Shown here: positions 39,892 through 52,599 of the stretch, one piece after another
Numbering within the stretch: position 1 is the stretch's first letter
How the letters are laid out: each line of letters begins with the position of its first letter
Source of the DNA: Euprymna scolopes
Lineage: Eukaryota
DNA length: 64,000 bases
NCBI GenBank assembly: GCA_053919585.1
Contig: CM132800.1
Reading direction: 5' to 3' (one strand)
The notes under the pieces: model-generated
The model's database searches: none
The model's input: only the letters and a program-made list of their open reading frames with translations
Told to the model about the DNA's origin: nothing
Made by a program: the position numbers and the translations under genes

Positions 39892-40689
39892 TCCCAACTA
39901 TTATATAAAAGCAACTTTGTATGAGCCTCTGTGTGTGTGTGTGAGAATTCGTTTGTTATAGAGTCGAGCACAGCTGGATCAAATTTAATGAAATTTCATA
40001 TGAAGTTATCTGAAGTACCACACAATGTTCCTAAAAATGTTTTCTATCGAAATACCTTCGATTTATATCGATTGATACTCGAAATAATTCGATGACAGAA
40101 GGAAAATGCTATTTTTAACACCTTACATAGCATAACATTACAAGCACATTTGGAAAAAAATATTACCACACAAGCCGAAAGTCCTGGCATATAAAATCAA
40201 CAGTAGGTTATTTGATATGATAGAGGAGCGTTCGAAATCCATGCTCTGTTTAAAGCAAAATCACACTATATTACTTGGCTTTTCATTTTAAACTTAAATG
40301 CAATACATTATTAGTGCACAAGCAGTAAAGTTCGACATATAAATGTAACAGAAGATTCTGATATGACATTGACGCGTTTGAAACGAATGTTTCTGTTTAG
40401 AGCTCAATTTGATTCAAGCCATTGTATATAAAAATACTTTTATAAACTCATCAATAGGTTCGCCTATGTTAAATATAGACTACAATGTATTGTGGACTAA
40501 ATACCTGCGGGAAGGCATGTTATACTTTCTTCTGGTGCACCGTGATGGGTCTCCAACTAGATCAGACAATCAATCGATTTCATTGAGGAACGGTCGATTT
40601 CAGCGATTTCGATTATAATAAAAATATTTGAGTGTGAAACATCGGTTAGTCATCATTCGATCCAGGGAAACTTCGGGCCTCCTTGCTAG
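39892..40689 (+). mobile_element. Non-autonomous Helitron with canonical ends
   Basis: A|TC start (ATCCCAACTATTATATAAAAGC, then (TG)n). Ends with a GC-rich degenerate hairpin and CTAG|T. No TSD. Confidence 0.75.
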
Positions 40690-41208
40690 TTTTCTAATAT
40701 AAACATATTTTAATTGTGTCCAGTGCAATATGTGCAATAAGGGATATCAACTGATGAATAGATATTCGTAGTGGACGACCTTGTACACAAGCCACCCAAT
40801 GAATCGGAAGATTGATCGCATCAACTTCCGAGACTTCGACTAATCCCACTAAATAACCAAACTGATGTTAAATGTACCGTAAAACGAATTATTATGAGAC
40901 CTATGATCTGTGAGGCGGATTATAATACTCTTAAGCCTCTATTGTAACATTCGTAGAAACGGAATCAAATGGCAATTAAATGTGAGATTAGGAAAGCAAC
41001 TCATTGCAATTTGAACAGGGATTAGAGTAAAGATACAACATTATCATCTATATTTGCAACTATTAAGTTATAGTAAATACGTAAATATCTCTATCTCTAC
41101 AAGTGAAGTATCAGACCACGTATGGACTACTATTTTCATACTTGGACTGATAATTCTGTGTCCTATTTGATTGGCCCCAGATTTTATTTTCACTGCCAGC
41201 TCTCTTTC

Positions 41209-41249
<41 letters not shown>

Positions 41250-41289
41250 TATACAACACACACACACAGATGTGTTTTTCTAGTCTCAG

Positions 41290-41625
41290 TCCTTTCTAAA
41301 ACTACTACTATGGCATGTGTTTCTCAGACGTGTCTGATGTATTTTCTACGTTCATTTGTTCCAGCTAGTTTTACTTGTCTATACGTATTTATTAACTCGC
41401 TGTATTAATGACTTATTGTAATACAGCTTCCTATTTCAGTAGCTTCTTTCCAGTCACTAAAAAGTTTCGAAGCTCTCTAGTTGCTCACTGCTTTCCTTGT
41501 GTCAATAACCTTAGTCTTTTCAAGACTAGGTCAATAGCCATCTTCTGTTTTTGTAATAATCACCTTTCTTTTAGTTGGTGCCTTACACCAAGTGGCTTCC
41601 TACCTTATCTCGAGTGATTTCTATT
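41290..41625 (+). mobile_element. Old CR1 3' fragment
   Basis: SYFSSFFPVTKKFRSSLVAHCFPCVNNLSLFKTR, cf. SFFP.T..LWNSLP..CFP...NL..FK. Confidence 0.6.
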
Positions 41626-42359
41626 AAATAATTACTCACTTTTCAAATGTGTGATACTTGTGACACAGCACGTAAACATGAAGGACAAAAAATTAAATTT
41701 GGAAATCTCTCTAATATGGGGGATAAATTTCGGAGATCGAGTGTTCGAATTCTCGCTAGATCTAGCAACACCGAGGTGTTGTAAAAACGACAAAATAAAT
41801 TTCTACCTATCTATTTCTCTATCTATCTTTCTATCTTTCTTTCTTTCTCTCGATCTCTTTTTCTCTCTCTCTCTCTCAACGAGAGAGAGGGAGACGGACA
41901 GAGAGAGGGCGGGATGAGATATTAGTCTTTTAAAATATATATATGGCAATCAAACTACACTGAAATTTACTTATTTTATTGTTTTAAGATTCGTAAGCAA
42001 ATGTTTATTTTATCTCTTCCTTTGTTCGTTTCTGGATCGAAAGGGCTTTTTTTTCTTGTGTAAAAAATTAAACTTGTATTGGTCTCGGTATTTTTCCTCA
42101 TATACACTTTTTATATTTTTATATTAGTTTTTTTAATATTTGTGTTGTTATCTTAAGGTGTAATTCATTTACGTTTTTCGATTAGCGTACTATTTATTAT
42201 GGCTTTTAGGTATTTTTATTTAAGTAACTTAAAAATATAAGGCGCTTGCAATATGTTTTTAGCTTTTTATCGTACAGGCATTTTGATTTGTCGTAGATTC
42301 TAAGGAATACAATATGTTATTGCTATTTTATGAGCCGTCAGACTATTTTTTTATTATTT

Positions 42360-42640
42360 CAGGTTCAAATGGACAACTATTGCAGGAATTGGAATGCACC
42401 CTACAAAAGCTCAATTGCTACGGCTGGCGAATTTCCAAAATGTGATCTGAACATGATGACACTTTAAAAGATATCCAATAAAACTGCTTTACACTATGGG
42501 AAAACACCACAGAAACGCATGGGATGAATTAGAATGTTTTGGAGAATCCTGCCTGAATCAAGCATCGGTTTTTGAGTGACATAATACGTACAACAAAAGC
42601 AGGGGGGTTGTGAGGGATGACGAGAGGTGTGAGTGAAGTA
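42360..42640 (+). mobile_element. Mariner N-terminal fragment (irritans-like)
   Basis: RYPIK..GK..TETHGM..FGESCLNQASVFE*H..SRGVVRDDERC. Confidence 0.75.
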
Positions 42641-42748
42641 TGTGGTGTTAAAATGTGTCTTTAAATATTCAACGCACCTCGCCTATATCGATGTGTGTCA
42701 AATATTTTAGGCAGTTAGATCGTGAACAGTAAATTTAGAGATTACTAA

Positions 42749-42812
<64 letters not shown>

Positions 42813-42861
42813 CTTAGTGCGTTGGAAGAAAAGAGTGACCTCAATTCTATAAGAGGAGGCT

Positions 42862-42929
<68 letters not shown>

Positions 42930-43165
42930 AAGACTGAGAGAGATAGTGACAAGTAGACAGTTAGTGGAAAAAGTATGCATTCTATGTTGTTAATTTGTGT
43001 GCATGAATCAGATGCTTGAAAGCAGCACTTGGGCATTTTTTATGCATTGTTAATATCTTTCTGTCTTCATGTTTTTAAACGTAATTATATAACAGGTAAT
43101 ATATTAAGTTAGTACAAAAACAATCATGTTTACTCACATGTTACTTTTTATGGTTTTTGAATAAA

Positions 43166-43227
<62 letters not shown>

Positions 43228-43299
43228 ATTCTCGTTCTATCCAGTTGTATGAATCGTTACAGTTTTAAATCTTTTCATTCATTCTTTTGCAGGCTTTTC

Positions 43300-43745
43300 G
43301 ACAGCGTGGATGAAATTTTCCCGTTTCATTTCAAACTAGACTGAAAGCTGCCGAGATAATTAGTAATATAAATGATGTGTTTGACCCAGGCAAAACTAAC
43401 GAATGTGTGGTACAACGGTGGTTCAAGAAATTTCGCAATGGTGACGAAAGCCCCGAAGACGAAGACATTTGAAAGCCTTAATTGAAGCCTATCCTCGCAA
43501 AACCACACACTCGAGGTCGACTACTCAACAGTCAAAACAGTTTGATAAATGCGTGCCGCATGCATTGAAGGATAATAAAAAAAATGGTCGTTTTTCGGTG
43601 TTTTCTACGCTCCTTCTGCGCAACAAAATCGACCCTTTTTACACGTGAATTGTAACGTGTGATGAGAAGTGGATCTTCTATGACAAAGGTCCACAACAGT
43701 TCCCGAAGCCGAAATTGCTCCCAGTTTATGGTTACTGTTTGGTGG
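43300..43745 (+). mobile_element. Mariner (cecropia-like) fragment, truncated at a Helitron junction
   Basis: NINDVFDPGKTNECVVQRWFKKFRNGDESPED, IVTCDEKWIFYD, MVTVWW. Related to 52600-54505. Confidence 0.85.
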
Positions 43746-43943
43746 ACCAGGCGTAAAGGCAGACCCCAGAATTTTAATCAACCACTGTTCTGCCAGATCA
43801 AACATACCCATTTTTGTGTCTCGATACATCTATCATTATATGTAATCAGTTTTTTTTTAATCGTCAACCATATAGGAGCCTATTCGTGACCAGACACACA
43901 CACACACCCACAAATAAACACGCAGACATTCAGCTTTATATTA

Positions 43944-43950
<7 letters not shown>
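43745..43950 (-). mobile_element. Non-autonomous Helitron-like 5' fragment
   Basis: Closely matching reverse complement of 26135-26322. Confidence 0.75.
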
Positions 43951-44008
<58 letters not shown>

Positions 44009-44109
44009 TAACTGGCTTCCATAAATTCCTAGGAGAAAACGCATATACCGAATTTAATTATCGTAAATAAAATCAACCATAATCGATATATATATACATA
44101 TATATATAT

Positions 44110-44179
<70 letters not shown>

Positions 44180-44345
44180 AGGAGATTTGTGTAAAAAAGC
44201 AATATGTCAAAATCATTGTCGATGACTTTATGTCTATCGCAAAAAAACATCGTTTCGTACAAATTATTGATTTTGTTGTGTTCCTTCTCATAAAAAAGAT
44301 TTTTAATTTCTAATTTTAATTTAAAATTATCAATCACATTAATAA

Positions 44346-44396
<51 letters not shown>

Positions 44397-44397
<1 letters not shown>

Positions 44398-46030
44398 TAA
44401 CAGAAGTACCCGTTGTTGACTGGATTCAAGTAGACCTTCAAAACTGGGCCCTGATTTATGATAGTGTAACGGTCATGGAAAGGAGGCGTACCTGTACATA
44501 AATAACGCCATAGTTTGGGGTATCAAAACCAACGCAAAATATGCTGAAATGAAAATAAAACTGCTGTTGAAATATATATTTTTTATATCAACTAAGTTTT
44601 CCTTCTTAGCGAAGATTGACCAGCAAAATACATATTAAAAAAAAATTAAAAATACAAAAAACGAGATTCTATTATCAGCCCCTATTGACTAATTTTTAAT
44701 TCTCAATTGCAAAGAGAATGTAAAACCATGTAAAACACTATAATATTTGCCATCAGTTTGTAGATCAATAGGTCTTAGAGAGGAAAATAGAATCACTTTT
44801 TTATTTTATGCCAAAGAATCTGAAAAGGAAACATTTCTGGTGACGTGCACAGAGTAAACTCTTCCAATTATGGTGTTAAATTTTACCTGTGGATGATCCT
44901 CATTTCACCTCTGCATGTGTTGTTATTCCATATGTAATAATATTATATATTAAATTATAATAATGATTATTATAAAATTAAGCTAATTATCGTTAGAAAT
45001 TATAATAATGACAAAAACTAAGAGTTTTTTTGCAAAGTAATCTCGTTCAAACATAAGAAAAAATGCAGTAAGAGTTTTATCTGTTGGGCTTAGAAAAGCA
45101 ATTATATTTGTGAAATAAACCTTCTAAAACTGTTCAAGATGAACTGCAAACGTTTAGGCTGGAGGACTCTTTTTATGAAAAAGAACCCCCAACATACACC
45201 AATATACTTCATTCGTGTGTATATATCTATCAAGTACACAATTTGTAACTCCGTCACTAACATTTTGTAAGGAAAGCAGTGCTGCATATGATCCCTTATT
45301 TATATATTTGCAACCATATTTGATAGATATAACATAATTGCAAAATTTAATATTTATGTTAGCATTGCATGTTTTTGAATGTAAGGGAGAGTATTGCAAA
45401 GTCAACCTATTGTCACCTTCATTGTTGCCACCCAGAGTTTAAAAGCCATCTTCAGGTGATATTCTCCTTTAAGACAGATAACGATCCTCAGTAAACTGAG
45501 TTTCTAGTAGATAGTTTTTAGGATATCATTTAGTGCATTGGCCATCAACAATACCGGGTGAATATCTATAGATATTACCACAAGGCCCATGCACCATGTG
45601 ACTCTTTACTATTACAAATACGGTGGGATCATTTTGTATATCAAGTAACTCAGCTGATATAATGGAACCAATTATATTGGAGTTGATTTTTCTTGTAAGT
45701 GTAGTTATCTATGCGCACGAAACAATCCTCTTTTTGCTAGTAAATTCCGTACATGTAGCATCGTGGTAGAGCTAAATTTATGCTGTATTTATCAGATTCT
45801 TGACGTACATCATCTTCAAATACTGGACAATAAATCCTGTTGATTTATGCATATTTCTCCAGTGAGAAGTTCATCTGAAAATTCAACCCGAAGTGAATAT
45901 GATTAGCAGGTCTTCTTCTCCATAATCTCTTTCATATGTCATTGCATCTTGGGTATTTCCATGCATATCACGTAATCTCCCTCTGAACATAGAAAGTAAT
46001 ATGCATGTCTGACCTATACAGCAATTTATA
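44397..46030 (-). mobile_element. Decayed Helitron with a Rep (HUH endonuclease) region and 3' terminus
   Basis: Minus-strand peptides: IGQTCILLSMFRG..QDAMTYERDYGEEDLLIIFT; IISAELLD..DP..VKSHMVHGPCG..SPGIVDGQCTK*YP..RRISPEDG; NINIKFC..SIKYGCKYINKGS..RYIHTNEVYW; IGRVYSVH. 3' end CCAGTCAACAACGGGTACTTCTG-TTAG|T. Confidence 0.9.
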
Positions 46031-49000
46031 TGACTTTTGACATTCATGTAGGACTCTATTCTTAGCTTTTTTTAATGAGTTTTGATATATAAAAAATTTT
46101 CAGCTTCAACTTTTGAAAACCTACCAATTGCAAATAAACAATTTTTATAACATAACATGTTTTTCGTATTTCCAAATTAATATGGCGTCGTGGGAGATGT
46201 GATAAAAGGACTAACACTATTTTTCTATTTTTAAATTATTGTTAGTTTAAAATAAATTATTATTCAATCAATCAAACTATAAGTATGTATGTGAAAAGGA
46301 AAAACTTTTCATTTCTTTTCATTTGAACTTTTTAAGAAAGGATGAAAAATATTTGTAAATAAAATGTGTTGTGTTTGTTAATAAATACTTGGAAGTGTAG
46401 TACCTATCATGGAGAAAAGAATTTGAATTTACTTTCAACTAAATAATTAAAAATCCAGTATATGTCTTTTCCTCGTCAGTCAGAGGAGAACAAATCTATT
46501 TCAACTGAGATAATTCTTGCCCCTCACAATCTTCATTTGTTCTTCATAAAACCGACACTGTGTTTTAGATTATTATTATTATTATTGTTATTATTATTGC
46601 TATTGTAATTGTTGCTTTTGNNNNNNNNNNNNNNNNNNNNNNNNNNNNNNNNNNNNNNNNNNNNNNNNNNNNNNNNNNNNNNNNNNNNNNNNNNNNNNNN
46701 NNNNNNNNNNNNNNNNNNNNNNNNNNNNNNNNNNNNNNNNNNNNNNNNNNNNTTTTCGTTTAAACACTCATCACTGAAAAATTCAATTGGTATTCCATGG
46801 GGTCTTACGAGAGCAGGTATTCAGAACTTACTGACATTTCCGATAACCGTTTAAATTTGATTATGCTCTTTTAATTACATTGGGGTTTCTGGGGTCCTTT
46901 AGTGGCAATGATCCTCTCTAAGCTTTCAGTTGAGGTTTGGCTAAGCAACATTCATCTTCGGTCTTACTAATGTGTTTTGAAGCCGCCCATCTCGATTGCT
47001 GTGATCACGTGTGCTTTACGATGCATTGCAATACTATAAAATTTATGGCTTGCCAAATAGCTTGCACTCGTGCAATATCTATGCGTGTGTTTCCTTACTA
47101 TGTAAACTAATGGTGATGAGTTATTTTGAAGATTTTCCAATGTAATGCTTTGGATGGTGCTGATCTTTTTTAATGTCTCTATTACTTTTAAATCCACGTT
47201 AGTATAATACATGAGTATCTAATTATATTCTCACTATATAATTCATACTTTGCATATTCATTTAGAAAACACACACAATGTTGTAACTTTCCGCGGAAAA
47301 AGACTAAAGAACTTCGACCCTTGTTAATAGATTATCCTCATTATAATTGATTTCAAGCGAGGCACTCTTTGAACATTTTAGCAATAAAGTATTCTAATGA
47401 AAAATGTTATACTTCCTGAATTTATCTACTAAATTTTATTGATCTTAAATTATCTTTGCTGGATTAATTTAGAGTTGATAATAGATTTTTCAAATATGCT
47501 TCAAATTTTAAAATTCAATAGTTGTAATGGTGATGCAAATAAGAGAACCGTGTCTTTTTTTCAGAATAAATGATAGGTTTTTAAATCAACATACATCATC
47601 TATGTACATGTATTTATCATGTTTGAACATGTTTTTTTTCGTTTTTGTCATCCGCTATATTATTATTTAATGTGCAGTATAATAGCACGACGGACACATC
47701 ATGATTTAGCTTTTTAGTATAAAATACTAACGGGTCCAGGTATATATGTTCGCGGTTTTATGTTATATTTATGGTATGCGTCGGACAAAACTAAATAATA
47801 AATACTGAAGAACAAATCTGAATTTAGACACATGTATTTATAAACATCTTATAGAATATAATACATAACAAATGAAACATAAGATCTGATATAAGATAAC
47901 AATTATGTTGCAATGTCAACAAAGACACACATAGTAATATTAAGAAACATGCGTGAGCAATTGATTAGAAGATCTTACTTTGTGTTGAGTTTCATTCGGG
48001 CATTTTATGCGACTGTTGCGACCAAAAACGCCTGCTTTAATCGAAAGATAACTTACGATTGACACCCAGAATGGAAACGAGCCAGAACAAGGAAACTAAC
48101 TTGTTTGGAAACCGGCTAAGGATTAATAGATATTATTATCCATGTATTTATTCTTTAAAAGTTGCATTTACGAATATTTTGGATTATATTTATTAAATAT
48201 TGTTTTAATATGTACTGTAACTTTAAATTTACTACTATGAATCCATCATAATCCGCATAGTGACATTTTGAATTTCGAAGTATTGTTAATTTCCATAAAT
48301 GTTTCTTAATGAAGGATTTGTTGCAAACATGTGGCTTGTTTGTGTTCGTAGTTAATGTGATTTGGTGTCAGTTCTAAAGATGGTCCGTAACATAAACTTC
48401 GTATTCTTGTGGAATAAGTGGCTAACGGACAGGAAATTGAGAATGGATCGGAATTATTACTTCTCACCTTTGTTATCAGAGATCAGTAATTGCAAGATCA
48501 CGGTATTATTTCCAGTGAGGAAAAAATGTCAAATATCGTTAGATAATTTATTTCGTAATCATCATTTACCTTAGTATATTTTTTTTAAGTCTGGGTGGGC
48601 TTGAGAAACATTTGCTATTCGTTAGGATGATTAAGAGTAACACTTACGTAATCGGACTATCACCTTCTTTCAAAATTCGTATCTTATTTATATCCAGTTT
48701 ATTACGTTGCGTAGTTGCAATTAGTAAACAGCTGCCGAGAAAAATAAACTTTAATCTGTATATATTTCGTTTCACATGATTTTACTTCATTATGATCTAA
48801 TGATCAGATATAACTAAAAACACCAGACAAATATTTATTACTTGAAATTTAGTCACGTTACATTAGTTCTCAGGATGGTAGGAGAAAACTAATTAATTAA
48901 TAAAGCAACACGATGCGATGACATCAGGTAAATTTTGCTCAATCAATAAATGGCAATGTGACCCCAGTCACGTAACGCTAATAAAGACATACGGTACTCG

Positions 49001-49979
49001 ATGCATTACGTCAATTATATGAACGCGCCAATTCTGTGTCAGGGCATCAATAATGTTACGATTACTCTGGTCATGGTACGTCAATAAAATCTGAAACTCA
49101 AACATCAACTGCGATCGATATATATTCCGACGATCTGGTCGTTTGAAGACGTATAACAGCACTTGTAGTGGTTGACAGAACATTGTCGATTATAGTCAGA
49201 TGTTCTGAATATAAGCGTTAATGAACATTTTCGTTTTCCGGAATGGGCTGGTCATTTGTAGTGTTTCTTGAACAGGATGAACCTCCTCCACGTTGTGAGT
49301 AAGAAGGAAATGCCCGGGACTGGTATCGATCAAGTTTGAAAAAAAAAACATTAAAACAAGAAGGTGGCAGACGATTTCACTTAATATTTTCATATATTAA
49401 TAAGTACATATTTCAGTGAACCTTGTAATTACAAACACAAAAATTGTTTCTTAATTACGTGCGAATATGGCTTGTTTTTCTGGACTTTGATTAAGATACA
49501 ACTCCATCTCAATATAGCACTTAACAAAACGCAACCATTTTGCTGCATTTGTGATTCGAAGCCTTACTTTGTGTGAAGTAAGAAAGTCCTTGTCGGGCGG
49601 GCAAAGGCAGTTTTTCATCGTACAAATCTTAAATAAAGCTCTCAAAATCTTTATAAAAAATTTAACTTGCAAGTTTACTTAGCGCTGCCTGGCCAAATTT
49701 CACCTATGTTGGCTAAAACAAGCCACATCCGTCTGTTTACTTGATCAGAGTCCCGTACTCTGATTATTTCCTATTTCAATACCAGTTTTCACCTTTTCGA
49801 CAAACTTCAATGCAACTTTTCCAGTGATTGCAAGAATCGTGTACAGAAGAATCTTGAAAATATAAAAATGTGTGCATATATATTATTGTGCTACAATTGC
49901 GATAAAGTTGGACATAAGAGTGTTTGCTGCAGAACAAAAAATAGAGTACACCAAATGAGAACAAACGACAAAGTGAAAA

Positions 49980-50200
49980 ATAATTTATGAAAATATGTAT
50001 CAGTAAATATTGTCGACAAACAAGTGAAATTACAGCTTGACTCTGGATCGGATTTGTCGTTAATAAACGCCAACACGTGGAAAAAGCTGGGTAAACCGAC
50101 TCTTCAAAAGTCAAGTAAAGGTATAAGAATAGTGACAGGAGACGAAATAAAATTCGAAGGTGAGGTCATCCTGCCCATTAATTTAAATGGTACGACGAAG
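49980..50200 (+). mobile_element. Isolated Gypsy aspartic protease fragment
   Basis: KYVSVNIVDKQVKLQLDSGSDLSLINANTWKKLGKPTL..VTGDEIKFEG (DSG active site). Confidence 0.8.
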
Positions 50201-50996
50201 ACATTTTTTTGCCAATATTATAAAAAAATCTGTCTTATAACATTTCTCAGCTAATATAAACTAAAATATATTTTTACTTATGAAAGACATTTTGTTAATT
50301 GCGCCTTTTGTTTATACTGGGACCTATCTCAAACTGCCATTACAACAAATATGATACCGCTAGAATCACGTTGCCATAATAATTCCTGCAAGATGATAAA
50401 AAAAACAAACGATATTAATTCATACTGGTACAACAAGAGTGACTATTTGAGAAGACAGGCTTATTTATGCACACGCTTTCAAACTCAAATGAATTAGGAG
50501 ATCAAATATATACAAATACATGTGTGATTTCGGCAAAACACAACGATGGCGAAATGTCGTACAACTCATTAATTTATATTTAAGAAAAAAACGTCAAATT
50601 TATGTGTGTGTTTGTCTGTGTGTAAATATTTAGCCGATAATCTCTTAAACTACTCGTCACATAGCACTGAAGCATAAGGAAAAGTAACCATGCATTAACG
50701 ATGGTTCATATCAACTAAACTATTTGTTTGACCAGATGAATAAAACATAGATATAAATAGGCAAGTTGAGATGCAAGCTGTTCTTTTCCATTGCTGATAT
50801 ATGTTTGATTCTTTCCGCGCATGCTCAAATCCAATTCATTTCTTCAAGTCGTTTAATATTAAATCACGTTTAGCTAATGTTAGAAAGCTACATTTGTTTC
50901 GGTTCTAGCTTATGTCCTAAATTATTTTGTTAACGTCTAAATCTGTAGAAATGGAACCTCCCTCGTTCTAATTAACTGTAATGTCTTGTAACATCT

Positions 50997-51384
50997 TGTA
51001 ACGCCCCCTGTTTACAGTATGTACAGCAAAAACTATCCACACTCCTTCAAGCGACCTCCTTTTATATTACATTTACCCACATGAATCCCGCGTTATCTCG
51101 CGAGATCACATTAGACCGTTTCTGTTAATCTTGGTTTCTCTTGTTCCTATCCAACGTGCATGACAGGCAGATACGTAGATGCTTTACAGGTAGGTCGTTT
51201 GTATGCCTGTTTCTATTTTCCCCCACAAAATCACCACTATATATAAGATAAAATAGAATATCGTATTGAGAATTTACCCTGTAATAATAAAAAAATGCGC
51301 ACGAATTCAAATATACTGCAGCGTACCCCAATACCCATAAAGGCACCCTTCATCCCACCGCTAGTAAAACACAAGGACGTAACA
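50997..51384 (+). mobile_element. Probable solo LTR (~390 bp)
   Basis: TGTAACG...CGTAACA inverted termini, TATATAAG at ~51240 and AATAAA at ~51286. No clear TSD. Confidence 0.5.
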
Positions 51385-52599
51385 TTATTGTTTATTTATC
51401 TACAGAAAATATAGACGAACCTCAGACTGTTTGTTACAACCAATCATTCATTCGGATTGTAGAAAAGTGATTGTACTGCAAGGATATTTTAGTTGACACG
51501 CCTTAAACATTAAGACCAAAATGAATTTCACACATGTGCAGTCAGACATGATAATTGTACGCAATTGCAAATTATATTAAATTTGGATGTGTAAAAAAAA
51601 ACACGCCCATCATAAATAGCGTCGGGAAATTGATTGACAATTATTCAGAGTGTTGAAAATACCGACAAAAGGAACATTTTTCTCTATAGTAATTACGATG
51701 CATAAAAACTTCTTCTGTGAAGGTGGCTGTGTTTTTCACCTCTACGTGGCATACATAACATTGTTATTTTTTTATTTACAATTAATGGAATATGTATTTT
51801 TTATGAAAAACGCTGTAGCATAAAATGAATGGTACTATTTCAAAATAACGAACATAAAATCCACCGGAATTTACTTCAGTTCATTTGTAAGCATACCAGG
51901 GGTATTACTCGTACGTTATCACACCCCTGTCTTAAAAGAAAAACAAAATACAGGGCTGTTCAATCAAAAAACTAGTGATAATTAATAAGGCATTCCACCC
52001 CGATAAAGAATTCCAACTTTATCGATGCTCAAAGGATTTATTTTTAAATCAAATAATGTCGTCTTGTCGACCAAACGGTAAAAGTTTAAGAAAATAAATT
52101 TCAAAAGGAAACATTGTTTGTATATATTAAAATAATGTTTTGTGGGTAAATACGTTTGCGCTAAGTAAAAGACACTACAATATTGACTGTTAAGTGCAAA
52201 CTAAAATCATTGAGTATTTTCCTTTGGACATAAAAGTGGTGAGTTATTACACTTGGTAAAAAGGAGATTCGATATGGCAGTTTGGGATGTAAACTAAAGG
52301 GTACCGCAACATGGAAAGGATTTTGATCACTACGAGTCCAACTTCGCATAGAGTAGTATTTTACTATGTAAGTCATTTAATAAGTCTTTTAAAGTGTATA
52401 CTCCGTAGTCTGTTAATTTGTTAGTTGGTATTAATAGATGTAACATAATTTATTTTTACTCTTTTTATTTTTATTTTCCGGCAACTATACATGAAAAAAT
52501 AAAAAAAAGAAGACATTCAAGTTCGGATGTTTATAGATGAGGACCGATTGTTTAAATTACTGGTATTAGATTGACTATTCTTTTTATCCTGACTGCTAT

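Larger units (their letters stand above)
42753..44396. repeat. Cluster of long (TA)n microsatellites
   Basis: Directly visible. Other microsatellites lie at ~13208, 17746, 18255, 24010 (ATT), 26094, 27269, 27505, 29348, 32798, 34451 (TAG), 56701, 57030, 58897, 61640 and 62511. Confidence 0.95.
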
